This document shows positions 29,054-38,467 of a DNA stretch of 64,000 nucleotides, piece after piece; position 1 is the stretch's first letter; every line of letters starts with the position of its first letter. The translations under genes were made by a program, and so were the position numbers. The notes beneath the pieces are model-generated. The model worked only from the letters and a program-made list of their open reading frames with translations, searched no databases and had not been told where the DNA came from. The stretch comes from Selenomonadales bacterium OttesenSCG-928-I06 (lineage in GTDB: Bacteria > Bacillota > Negativicutes > Sporomusales > Sporomusaceae): assembly GCA_030266395.1 (NCBI GenBank), contig JAJDHX010000001.1:14647-78646 (forward strand), given 5' to 3'.

Positions 29054-30019
29054 TTACAATTTTATAGAATGTAATGGTTCGTTTTCTAAACGATGGATTG
29101 CATCTATAAAGCGAATTGTGGCACTTGTACCTCTAACAACAATAGAATTTGTTCTGGCACCACCAGGGAAATATCTTACTTCATCTAAAAGGTCACAGGA
29201 AGTTATAGCAGTTGCCGCAAAGAAAATATCGCTTCCTTTAACCAAATCATCCATATATAATACTTTGTTTATATCATCAATACCCATTTTTTTAGCTCTG
29301 ATTATGTCTTCAGGACCTTCTGGAATAAGTCTGGCCTGCATATCTCCGCCTAAACATTTTAAAGCTGCTGCAGCAAGAACTCCTTCAGGAGCGCCACCTA
29401 CACCAAGTAACATATGAACTGATGTACCTTCTACTGCAATACTGAGAGCAGGGGAAACATCACCGTCGTTAATAAGCTTTATTCTTGCTCCTGCTTCTCT
29501 TATTTCATTTATTATCGGAATGTGACGGTCTCTGTCTAATATAATTACAGTTAATTCATTTACATGTCTGTCCATAGCTTTTGCTACATTTTTAAGGTTT
29601 TCGGTAACAGGTGCATTTATATCTATTTTGCCTCTGGCGCGTGATCCTACTGCTATTTTGTCCATATACATATCTGGCGCATTCAGTAAACATCCGGTAG
29701 GTGCTATAGCCAGTACTGCCAAAGCTCCAGGCATTCCTTTTGCTACAAGAGTTGTGCCTTCTACAGGGTCTACAGCAATATCTACTCCTTCACCGCCGCG
29801 GCCCACAACTTCGCCTATATATAACATAGGAGCCTCATCCATTTCACCTTCGCCAATTACAACTTTACCACTAACCCTAACTTTATTAAAAGCCTTACGC
29901 ATAGCGTCTACAGCGGCTTGGTCAGCTCCAATTTTATCACCTTTACCCATAAATCTCGCTGCTGATATTGCAGCAGCTTCTGTTACTCTTACAAATTCAA
30001 GAGCTAGTTGCCTATCCAT
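29054..30019 (-). CDS. glpX: Fructose-1,6-bisphosphatase class II (GlpX)
   Basis: ORF track, 321 aa. Typical GlpX sequence (LALEFVRVTEAAAI..., DIAVDPVEGTT, GVGGAPEGVLAA). Confidence 0.92.
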   Translation of the reverse strand: MDRQLALEFVRVTEAAAISAARFMGKGDKIGADQAAVDAMRKAFNKVRVSGKVVIGEGEMDEAPMLYIGEVVGRGGEGVDIAVDPVEGTTLVAKGMPGALAVLAIAPTGCLLNAPDMYMDKIAVGSRARGKIDINAPVTENLKNVAKAMDRHVNELTVIILDRDRHIPIINEIREAGARIKLINDGDVSPALSIAVEGTSVHMLLGVGGAPEGVLAAAALKCLGGDMQARLIPEGPEDIIRAKKMGIDDINKVLYMDDLVKGSDIFFAATAITSCDLLDEVRYFPGGARTNSIVVRGTSATIRFIDAIHRLENEPLHSIKL

Positions 30020-30116
30020 TTAATAATCATCTCCTAAAAATTTTTATGTGTTATATTTAAAAAACTGATTTTTTTCAAAAAAAATAATGGGTACGTTAAA
30101 ATAAAAATCTTTTAAA

Positions 30117-30764
30117 CTAATTAAACTTGATTTTTGGTGCATTTATTTCTAAATAAGATATTTTTTGTATTTGTGTTTGATCAGAATTAGAACTTGCAGG
30201 AATAATTTTTTTAGAGTTACATTCACTGCAAATTATTTCTATAGAATCAGACAAAATATTAATTTCTATTTCATTTGAACTGCAATGACAATAAACACAA
30301 TCCTGTACAGCCAAATCATTAATTTTATTAAGCACTTCTAACATAACAGAAGGGTTTTTTATGTCATTAAAAATCTCAACAGAACTCTCATCATGATCTG
30401 ATAATTCTTCCAAAAAATCTATAGCAGTTTGATTTTGTGTACTTAACCTATTTTCAATTTCTTCTTCAGAACCTATCATGCCAAGTTCTGTATTGGTATG
30501 ATTACAATAAATCTTACTAAAAAATGAATTCCACAGATCATTTCTATTGATCAAAACAAGATGTTCTTCTTGACAAATTATACAATTAACTTTTAATAAA
30601 TATTGTGATTTGTTAGAGCTTACTATAGACAATAGTATTTGACCACAGCTACAAGATAAATGTTGCTCTGGCTTTTGAAACGTGAACCTAAAAATACTAT
30701 GTACTTCAAGTTTCCCGCATTGTGGGCATAAAAGCGCTAATGTACTACTTGATCTACCAGTCAA
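30117..30764 (-). CDS. Cys-rich hypothetical protein (three predicted zinc-ribbon-like clusters)
   Basis: ORF track, 215 aa. TTG start after GAAGGGAAG. Cys pattern CPQC...CSC, CIIC...CNH, CVYCHC...CSEC, with an acidic central linker. I do not recognise a family. Confidence 0.6.
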   Translation of the reverse strand: MTGRSSSTLALLCPQCGKLEVHSIFRFTFQKPEQHLSCSCGQILLSIVSSNKSQYLLKVNCIICQEEHLVLINRNDLWNSFFSKIYCNHTNTELGMIGSEEEIENRLSTQNQTAIDFLEELSDHDESSVEIFNDIKNPSVMLEVLNKINDLAVQDCVYCHCSSNEIEINILSDSIEIICSECNSKKIIPASSNSDQTQIQKISYLEINAPKIKFN

Positions 30765-30928
30765 AATAGTTCGCTTCCCTTCTATTGATGGTAGTTTATA
30801 CTTCTCTATATTAAATCAAAAGTCCTTCTCATAAAAATATAATTTTGTTAAAGTCTAGCAACATAGTAAAAATTTATTAGCCACTAAAATTTAGTAAAAC
30901 TTTAGTGGCTATAATTTAAAAATCAGAT

Positions 30929-31855
30929 TTAGCTGTTAGCAGTAACGTCATAAATTCCAATAAGCCTTATGGAAAAATCTTTACTGTTTTGTTCTACTGT
31001 ACTTAAATAAGATAAAATATCTTTCTTATCTCTTTTTTCTCTTTTGTCTGTTACTTCTAATTCAATATAATATTTATATTTATTTAAAGTACCTTTAACA
31101 GGTCTGGATTGAATTGAAATTAGCTCTAGAGGCTGATTTGCAATTTGTTCTAAAAATTTACTTAACTTTGGAGCAGGACCAGAAACAAAAATTGAAGTTT
31201 TTATTCCTCTGGTTTCTACTCTGTTTTGAGGAGCTATTACCCAAAATTTTATAACTTCAGGTCTGACGGCTTGGATGTTATTATTTAAAACATTTAAATT
31301 GTACATAGATGCTGCATGTAAAGATGCAATTGCAGCTACAGAAGGATTCTTAGCTTCAAAAACAAACTTTGCACCTTGAGCCGGATTATCAATTACCTGA
31401 ACTCTGGCATTTGGTAAATTAACTTTTAACCATTGTTCATGTTGTTTAATAAAATTACCTGTTGCATATAAAACTTTTATATTGCTTAATTCTGCGTTTC
31501 CATAACCAAGTACAGCTTGAGTTACAGTTACATTTATTTCTCTTGTTATAACAATTCTATAATCATTTAAAACAGTATCCATATTTGTAAAATTAACGCC
31601 AGTCATTGAACTTTCAATAGGAATAACACCATGTGTGCTTTTGCTTGTTACTATGTCAGTAATAACAGATTCTATATTTTCGGCAGGTGTTAAAAATTCC
31701 GTGTTTTCAAAAAAAGCTCTTGCTGCTTCATTGGAATAACTTCCTTCAGGACCAACATATGATACATTTGCTGAAGCAATAATAGGAAAAGTAAGTAAAA
31801 AACCAAACACCATGACTGTACTTATTATATTTTTGAATTTGCTAAGATATTTCAT
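30929..31855 (-). CDS. Prephenate-dehydratase-like (PDT + ACT) protein with N-terminal signal peptide and degenerate catalytic motif
   Basis: ORF track, 308 aa. N-terminus MKYLSKFKNIISTVMVFGFLLTFPIIASA-NV looks like a Sec signal. The remainder is colinear with PheA-type PDT (VSYVGPEGSYS, VIPIESSMTG) and ACT (ISIQSRP, YKYYIELEV) domains. The canonical N-x-TRF motif reads E-V-IKF. Confidence 0.7.
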   Translation of the reverse strand: MKYLSKFKNIISTVMVFGFLLTFPIIASANVSYVGPEGSYSNEAARAFFENTEFLTPAENIESVITDIVTSKSTHGVIPIESSMTGVNFTNMDTVLNDYRIVITREINVTVTQAVLGYGNAELSNIKVLYATGNFIKQHEQWLKVNLPNARVQVIDNPAQGAKFVFEAKNPSVAAIASLHAASMYNLNVLNNNIQAVRPEVIKFWVIAPQNRVETRGIKTSIFVSGPAPKLSKFLEQIANQPLELISIQSRPVKGTLNKYKYYIELEVTDKREKRDKKDILSYLSTVEQNSKDFSIRLIGIYDVTANS

Positions 31856-32107
31856 TTATAATCCTCCGTAAAAGTTTAAATATTTGCCTGACTAAATAAT
31901 CTGGATAATTTAATATCTTTCTGTAAAAATCGACGAAATCCTTCTAAAAAATATAAAAGCTTTTCTATAAATAGTAAATGCATGTCTCATACTTAGCTTG
32001 TTTTAAAGAATATACAAATGTTTTCTAAAAAAATACAATATCATCTCTTCTTTATGTACTAAAAAATATTTTTAAACAATACATTTTGTAATGGAGGAGG
32101 GATTTTT

Positions 32108-32383
32108 GTGTTTCGTCGCCGGAAAAAATTAGAGTCATTAGGAAGATTTTTTGATGTGCCATCAGAAATCATTTTAGACTTGCCTAGACTTACAGGCTTA
32201 GGCAACAAACAAATGTTAATAGAAAATCATAAAGGTATAATTGAATACTCCTCTTTAGTAGTCAGAATAAAAGTAAATAGCGGAGAAATTATTATCAAAG
32301 GGAGAAATCTTTCAATAGGAGTATTTCAAGCAGAACAATTGCTTGTAGAGGGTATTATTGAGGTGATTGAATATGGCTTTTAA
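32108..32383 (+). CDS. yqfC: Sporulation protein YqfC
   Basis: ORF track, 91 aa. GTG after GGAGGAGGG. YqfC-like sequence (ILDLPRLTGLGNKQMLIENHKGIIEY) and the yqfC-yqfD-phoH synteny known from Bacillus. Confidence 0.85.
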   Translation: MFRRRKKLESLGRFFDVPSEIILDLPRLTGLGNKQMLIENHKGIIEYSSLVVRIKVNSGEIIIKGRNLSIGVFQAEQLLVEGIIEVIEYGF

Positions 32384-33539
32384 TATTAACTTTCTAAAAG
32401 GTGCTGTCAAAATATACTTATATGGTGAAATGCCAGAGCGATTTATAAATCTATGTATTGTAGAAAAAATCAACTTATGGGGCATAGAAAAAGAAGGAGA
32501 AGGGCTTATTGCCTGGATCAGCCTTCAAGATTTTTTTAAGATTAGAACTCTAGTTAGGAAGAGCCAAGTAAAGGTAAAAGTAATTTCTTTTCTTGGACTT
32601 CCTTTTTTTACAAAGAGAATAAAGAAAAGAAAAATGCTGCTTATTGGTGGTGTTTTATTTATCTTGGCTATCTATATTCTGTCTTCTCATATTTGGTTTA
32701 TAAATATAATTGGTTTAAAAGCTATTCAAGAAGAACAAATAAAGCGCATAGCTTTAGAAAATGGTATAAAAATAGGGGCAAAACAAGATGAAATTAATAT
32801 AGAGGCTATCGAGAAAGATATCATGCTTAAAATCCCAGAAGTTTCATGGGTAAGCATCAGCCTTGAAGGCACTAAAATAATTATAGAAGTAGTAGAAAAA
32901 ACAATGCCTGTTCAGGAAGATAAAAGTCCTGCTAACATTGTAGCACAGAAAGATGCTGTTATTGATGAAATAATAGTTTTGGCTGGTGAACCTGTTATCA
33001 GAAAAGGAGATACAGTAAAAAGAGGAGACACTCTTATTATAGGGACTGGTGCTGAAGAATCAAGAGCCAAAGGAATAGTAAGAGGTAAAGTTTGGTATGA
33101 AAGTTATGCAGAATCAAATTTGGTGAAGATAGATTATGAATTCACAGGAAATAAAAGGATTACAGGCTTTCTGAAAATTGGAGATACTAAATTAGACTTT
33201 AATCCTTTTGCAGACAGAATATTTCCTGAATATGATACCAAAGTCATAAGTAAAGCCTTGCCATTATGGAGGAATAGTGATTTTAACGTCGAAATCACTA
33301 TAAATGTACATTATGAAAAATTATCCAATAAAACATTCTTAGGTTTTGAAGAAGCATATAATGAGGCTAAGACCGAAGCCCTGCAAACTGTGCAGGACTT
33401 TATACCAGAGAATGCTCAAATTTTATCTAATGAAATAGAAGTATTACAAGATAAAGAAAATGAAATTTCAAATGTAGTAAGAATAAGAATTTCTGTAGAA
33501 ACTATGGAAGATATTGGTGAAAAAGTTAATATTAATTAG
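32373..33539 (+). CDS. yqfD: Sporulation protein YqfD
   Basis: ORF track frame 32367-33539. The ATG at 32373 lies 7 nt after GAGGTG and overlaps the yqfC stop. One central TM helix, size and synteny fit YqfD. Confidence 0.8.
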   Translation: MAFNINFLKGAVKIYLYGEMPERFINLCIVEKINLWGIEKEGEGLIAWISLQDFFKIRTLVRKSQVKVKVISFLGLPFFTKRIKKRKMLLIGGVLFILAIYILSSHIWFINIIGLKAIQEEQIKRIALENGIKIGAKQDEINIEAIEKDIMLKIPEVSWVSISLEGTKIIIEVVEKTMPVQEDKSPANIVAQKDAVIDEIIVLAGEPVIRKGDTVKRGDTLIIGTGAEESRAKGIVRGKVWYESYAESNLVKIDYEFTGNKRITGFLKIGDTKLDFNPFADRIFPEYDTKVISKALPLWRNSDFNVEITINVHYEKLSNKTFLGFEEAYNEAKTEALQTVQDFIPENAQILSNEIEVLQDKENEISNVVRIRISVETMEDIGEKVNIN

Positions 33540-33566
33540 CTTTTTACTTAGAGGAGGACTTATCTT

Positions 33567-34520
33567 TTGGAAAAAAGGATTGCTTTTAATGATACGCAAG
33601 AAACAGTTGCTGTATTAGGAAAAAATGATGAACATATACCTATTTTCAGAGAAGAATTTGCAGTAAATATTATTCCAAGAGGCAATGAGCTAATCCTTGA
33701 AGGGCAGTCTGAGGCAGAAATTGAAAATGTCTATGTTTTAATATTAGAACTTATGTACCTATACCGCGAAGGTAATCAAGTTACAGGACATGATGTTCGT
33801 TATGCAATCAAAATGATAAAAACAGGCAAACAAGAAAGCCTGCACCAAATGTTTGCAGATACAATTTTAGTAACAGTAAGAGGCAGACAGATAAAACCCA
33901 AAACCATAAAACAAAAGTTTTACTTAGATGCTATCAGAAAAAATTATGTTACATTTGGTATAGGTCCGGCTGGAACAGGAAAAACTTATCTTGCAGTAGC
34001 TATGGCAGTGTTTGCTTTAAAAAATAAACTTGTAGAAAAAATAGTTTTAACTCGTCCGGCTGTTGAAGCAGGCGAAAAACTTGGATTCTTGCCTGGCGAC
34101 CTCCAAGAAAAAGTTGATCCTTACTTAAGACCTTTGTATGATGCCTTGTCTGAGATGTTAGGTTCGGATGTTATGCATAAATTCATGGCTAAAAATATAA
34201 TAGAAATAGCACCTCTTGCCTATATGAGAGGCAGAACATTAGATGACTCCTTTATTATTTTAGACGAAGCCCAAAATACTACAATTGAGCAAATGAAAAT
34301 GTTTTTAACAAGAATGGGTTTCAACTCCAAAATGGTCATTACAGGAGATGTAACTCAAACTGATTTGCCTCATGACAGAAAATCAGGATTAAAACATGCT
34401 TACAGTATTTTAGAAAATATCACAGGAATAAAAACAGTATTTTTTGATGAAACAGATGTTGTAAGACATGAAATTGTAAGTAAAATAATTAAAGCATATG
34501 AAATGTTTGAAAATAAATAA
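33567..34520 (+). CDS. phoH: PhoH-like ATPase (YbeZ)
   Basis: ORF track, 317 aa. Walker A GPAGTGKTY and the FIILDEAQN box. Confidence 0.92.
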   Translation: MEKRIAFNDTQETVAVLGKNDEHIPIFREEFAVNIIPRGNELILEGQSEAEIENVYVLILELMYLYREGNQVTGHDVRYAIKMIKTGKQESLHQMFADTILVTVRGRQIKPKTIKQKFYLDAIRKNYVTFGIGPAGTGKTYLAVAMAVFALKNKLVEKIVLTRPAVEAGEKLGFLPGDLQEKVDPYLRPLYDALSEMLGSDVMHKFMAKNIIEIAPLAYMRGRTLDDSFIILDEAQNTTIEQMKMFLTRMGFNSKMVITGDVTQTDLPHDRKSGLKHAYSILENITGIKTVFFDETDVVRHEIVSKIIKAYEMFENK

Positions 34521-34569
34521 AAAATCTTAAAAAACATAGCTCATCAAGATTTTTGGAGAGACATTTATT

Positions 34570-36726
34570 ATGGCAATAACAAAAAAAATAAGAGACTTTT
34601 TTGAAGAAAATCAAGATAAATTTAAAGACAAGAAAGTATATGTTTTTTCTATTGCATTGCTTTTCTTTTGCTTTTATTTGCTGGTACTGTCTTTTGACCC
34701 TGCTTCAAACAAAGTTTCTTTTTTAGTTGGACAAGTTAGTGACCGCGATATTATTGCACCTAACACGATTTCTTATATAGATGAAAAAGAAACACTAAAA
34801 ATACAACACGAAACATTGGCTAATATCGCCGATGTTTATGATTTAGATGTGGGCATTACTGATAGTTCTGAAAAGCAACTAAGAGAAACATTTAGAACTA
34901 CAGACCAGATAATATCGTCTTTAAATAGTAATAAAGACAGTCAGAATACTGCTGATACAAATACACATACCCAATCAGCTGACCAAGCAGTAGAAAGTCT
35001 GAGTAAAAATCTGCCTATCTCATTACCTAATAATGTTGTAGCAACTATGCTTTCTTTAGATGAAACAAGCAGATTTAAATGCGAAGAAAATATCAAATTC
35101 TTCTTATATAAATATTTACAGCAAGGTATTCGGGAAAATGAAGTAGACAAAATTAAACAACAAATTTTAACAGAAATTGAGAAATTGGATTTAAGTCAAA
35201 GAGAAAAAATAGTAGTTGTTACTATAACTAATGAACTCATCAGAGCTAATTTTATTTATAATTCTGAGGAAACGCAAAAGAGAAAAGACAATGCTCTAAA
35301 AGATATTAAACCTGTTAGAAAAACAGTAAAAAAAGATCAGGTAATAGTTAGAAAAGGCGATATAGTAACTCCGGAACAAATTTCTGTTATGGAGAAAATA
35401 GGACTACATACTTCAAGTAGTGACACGCAGCGTATTGCTGGAAATGCACTTTTTATTGTTTTAATGATGGGTGCAGCAATGCTCTATTTATTTAAATTTT
35501 CCAAGACAATATATGACAGCAGACAATATCTTGCTTTAATCTGGATAATTATCTTTATTACTGTAATCTTAGCCAAAGTTTCTAGTTATCTGTCAATATT
35601 TATTGCCCCAATAGCACTGGGAAGTATTCTGGCTGCTGTACTATTAAATAGCAGAATTGCAATTTTAGTTTGTATTATTGTGGCAATGTTTATGGGAGTT
35701 ATCAGTGAAGAAGGTTTAAGACCTATAGCTATGGCCTTATTTGGCGGTCTTGCAGGTATTTACGGCAATTCTGTTTATACTAGAGGCCACAGTTTAATAC
35801 GGGCAGGTGTCTTTGTAGCTTTTGTAAATTTCAGCATAATAATATCTACAGGACTTATTTATCAATTAGACAATACACAGATATTAACTGATGCTATTTA
35901 CGGTATTATAGGCGGTATACTTGCTGCCATAATGTCTATTGGTTTACTTCCGTTTTTCGAAAACTCATTTAATATAACAAGTACAACTAAACTAGTTGAT
36001 TTAACAAAACCTAGCAATCCTTTATTACAAAGATTACTTTTGGAGGCTCCTGGTACTTATCATCATAGTATAATAATAGGCAACATGGCCGAAACAGCTG
36101 CCACAGCAGTAAAAGCAAACTCTATTCTAACTAGAGTAGGGGCGTATTATCATGATGTAGGCAAACTTAAAAGACCATATTTCTTTGCCGAAAATCAAAT
36201 TGCTGGCGAAAATCCTCATGATGAAATGGCACCTTATTTAAGTAATTTAGTTATTAACTCACATGTTGATGACGGAGTAGAACTATGCAAAGAATATAAC
36301 TTGCCTGAGGTAATAATAAATTTTGTTAGAGAACATCATGGCACAACATTAGCTTCGTTTTTTTATCAAAAAGCTCTTAGTTTAGAAAACAGTGAAAAGG
36401 TATCTGAAAATGATTTTAGATACAAAGGTCCCAAACCACAAAGTAAAGAAACAGCTATTTTGATGCTGGCTGATTCTTGCGAAGCCTCTGTTAGGTCTTT
36501 AGATAAACCAACATATAATAAAATCCAAATGATGGTCAGAAAAATAATTAAAGCAAGACTTGATGACGGACAATTAGATGAATGTGATCTTACCTTAAAA
36601 GATCTGACTGTCATAGGCAATGTATTTGTAAGGATTCTCTCAAGTATGTTCCATACAAGAGTAGAATATCCTCAGGATTTAAATAAAAAAGAGAAGGAAG
36701 ATAACAATGAAAATAGTAATAAATGA
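34570..36726 (+). CDS. 7TM-HD membrane phosphohydrolase (YqfF/PgpH-like)
   Basis: ORF track, 718 aa. Extracellular N-domain, 7 TM helices, and a C-terminal HD domain (HHSIIIGNMAE, YYHDVGK). Synteny phoH-yqfF-ybeY. Confidence 0.85.
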   Translation: MAITKKIRDFFEENQDKFKDKKVYVFSIALLFFCFYLLVLSFDPASNKVSFLVGQVSDRDIIAPNTISYIDEKETLKIQHETLANIADVYDLDVGITDSSEKQLRETFRTTDQIISSLNSNKDSQNTADTNTHTQSADQAVESLSKNLPISLPNNVVATMLSLDETSRFKCEENIKFFLYKYLQQGIRENEVDKIKQQILTEIEKLDLSQREKIVVVTITNELIRANFIYNSEETQKRKDNALKDIKPVRKTVKKDQVIVRKGDIVTPEQISVMEKIGLHTSSSDTQRIAGNALFIVLMMGAAMLYLFKFSKTIYDSRQYLALIWIIIFITVILAKVSSYLSIFIAPIALGSILAAVLLNSRIAILVCIIVAMFMGVISEEGLRPIAMALFGGLAGIYGNSVYTRGHSLIRAGVFVAFVNFSIIISTGLIYQLDNTQILTDAIYGIIGGILAAIMSIGLLPFFENSFNITSTTKLVDLTKPSNPLLQRLLLEAPGTYHHSIIIGNMAETAATAVKANSILTRVGAYYHDVGKLKRPYFFAENQIAGENPHDEMAPYLSNLVINSHVDDGVELCKEYNLPEVIINFVREHHGTTLASFFYQKALSLENSEKVSENDFRYKGPKPQSKETAILMLADSCEASVRSLDKPTYNKIQMMVRKIIKARLDDGQLDECDLTLKDLTVIGNVFVRILSSMFHTRVEYPQDLNKKEKEDNNENSNK

Positions 36727-37180
36727 TCTACAAGATAAAATAGTGCTTACCCAAGAACAACTAGATAAAATAAATGAAGTTTTGGAAAAGTCTGCTGAGT
36801 CTTATGAAATTTCACCTAATTCGGAAATAAGCTTAGTATTTGTAGATGATAATTTTATCAAAAAACTAAACCATGAATACCGCAACAAAAATACAGCTAC
36901 AGACGTACTGTCTTTTACAATGAAACGCGATGATGATGAACCTGAAATTAAAGGCGGTCCAGATGATGATGAATTATTGCTGGGAGATATAGTTGTCTCT
37001 TTAGAAACAGCTAAAAGACAAGCCGAAGAATATAATCATGATTTGTTAAGAGAAGTAACTTTCCTAACTATCCACGGTATGCTTCATATTTTAGGATATG
37101 ACCACGAGACAGAAGAAGAAAGAACACAAATGCGGGAAGAAGAAGAATATCTTCTTTCAATCTGCAACATAACAAGATAG
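36707..37180 (+). CDS. ybeY: rRNA maturation endoribonuclease YbeY
   Basis: ORF track, 157 aa. Metal-binding motif HGMLHILGYDH. Overlaps the preceding gene by 20 nt. Confidence 0.92.
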   Translation: MKIVINDLQDKIVLTQEQLDKINEVLEKSAESYEISPNSEISLVFVDDNFIKKLNHEYRNKNTATDVLSFTMKRDDDEPEIKGGPDDDELLLGDIVVSLETAKRQAEEYNHDLLREVTFLTIHGMLHILGYDHETEEERTQMREEEEYLLSICNITR

Positions 37181-37189
37181 AGGGGCAAA

Positions 37190-38089
37190 ATGAATAATTT
37201 AGAAGAATTTGTATCAGGATTTGTTGCTGTAATAGGCAGACCCAATGTTGGCAAATCAACATTAATGAACAACGTAATTGGTCAAAAAGTAGCAATTATG
37301 TCTGACAAACCTCAAACTACCAGAAATAAAATTTTAGGCGTACATACTTTAGAAGATGCTCAAATTTTATTTATTGATACACCTGGTATACATAAACCAA
37401 AACACAAACTGGGCGAAGCAATGGCAAAATCAACTGAAGGCACATTAAAAGAAGTTGATGTCATTTTATTTGTTGTTGATGTTACTATGAAGATGAAAGA
37501 AGGAGAACGTTATATTTTAGGAATGTTAGAAGACGTCTCTACTCCTGTAATTCTCGTCATAAATAAAATTGATAAAGTGGCTAAAGAAGAAATACTAAAA
37601 GCTATAAGTTCATATAAAGAAGCTTTTGATTTTGCTGCAATTGTACCTATCTCGGCTCAAGAAAAAGATAATATAGACGGTTTGATTACAGAAATTAAAA
37701 AACACCTCAGTAAAGGCCCCAAATATTATCCTGATGATATGATTACAGATCAGCCTGAAAGATTAATAGTAGCTGAACTTATAAGAGAAAAAGCTTTAGA
37801 ACTAACCAGAGAAGAAATTCCTCATGCTCTGCTTGTTGATATTGAAGAAATTACTTTAAGAAATAATAACAAACTTTTCATTAGAGCAATAATATATGTA
37901 GAGAGAGAATCTCAAAAGGGAATCGTTGTAGGGAAAAATGGCAGTCTTTTAAAAGAAATAGGACAAAAAGCCCGTCATGATATAGAAACTTTACTTGGCA
38001 ATGAAGCATATTTAGATTTATGGGTAAAAGTAAAAAAAGACTGGAGAAATAAAGATACTGTCTTAAAAAACTTTGGATTTGAGATTTGA
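37190..38089 (+). CDS. era: GTPase Era
   Basis: ORF track, 299 aa. G1 GRPNVGKST, G3 DTPG, G4 NKID, C-terminal KH domain. Confidence 0.95.
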   Translation: MNNLEEFVSGFVAVIGRPNVGKSTLMNNVIGQKVAIMSDKPQTTRNKILGVHTLEDAQILFIDTPGIHKPKHKLGEAMAKSTEGTLKEVDVILFVVDVTMKMKEGERYILGMLEDVSTPVILVINKIDKVAKEEILKAISSYKEAFDFAAIVPISAQEKDNIDGLITEIKKHLSKGPKYYPDDMITDQPERLIVAELIREKALELTREEIPHALLVDIEEITLRNNNKLFIRAIIYVERESQKGIVVGKNGSLLKEIGQKARHDIETLLGNEAYLDLWVKVKKDWRNKDTVLKNFGFEI

Positions 38090-38100
38090 GAAGATAAATA

Positions 38101-38129
38101 TTGACAGAACAATTTAATTTATGTATCAT
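38101..38129 (+). promoter_or_regulatory. Sigma-A-type promoter of the ilvBN T-box leader
   Basis: TTGACA (38101-38106), 17-nt spacer, TATCAT (38124-38129). Confidence 0.6.
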
Positions 38130-38135
38130 ATCTTT

Positions 38136-38435
38136 AAATAACTAAAATATTGTAAAAAACGATGATCACAACAGTAGTTGCAAAACATTGATTTTAGCGA
38201 GCCGGGTATGGTGTAAGCCGGTAATCATATTTGCAGTGAAAATCATGTGTGAGTTGCAGGCTGAAATAAGAAGTAAGCTGTGCCGGGAATTTTAAATCAC
38301 CCGTTATTGTGATAAATAATAAAGATATAATATATCTTTGTTATCTTCAGAGAGACTATAGATTTTTTCTGTAGTAATTTGGGTGGTACCGCGGAAATTT
38401 TGTCCGTCCCTATATATTTAGGGACGGTTTTTTAT
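38136..38435 (+). promoter_or_regulatory. T-box leader (tRNA-sensing riboswitch), probable Ile (AUC) specifier, with terminator
   Basis: Stem I elements are CGATGA...AGTA at the base, an AGCGA bulge, and a GCCGG/GCCGG distal helix. The specifier loop reads GTGAAA-ATC-A (ATC at 38242-38244). The conserved T-box sequence AATTTGGGTGGTACCGCGG lies at 38377-38395. The terminator pairs CCGTCCC (38404-38410) with GGGACGG (38421-38427), followed by TTTTTT. Confidence 0.88.
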
Positions 38436-38467
38436 TATATTGAAGATTTACAAAGGAGGTAATAACC

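Noticed and set aside
29118-30023. Two plus-strand ORFs (99 and 131 aa) inside glpX
   Set aside because: They are antisense to a clearly conserved gene. Their Ala/Pro/Ser-rich low-complexity translations are typical of shadow frames, and there is no RBS.
31960-31995. Possible sigma-E-type -10 (CATACTT at 31988-31994) upstream of yqfC
   Set aside because: The match to CATACA-T is partial, the -35 is ambiguous in A/T-rich sequence, and the site is about 110 nt from the start codon. It is not strong enough to call from sequence alone.
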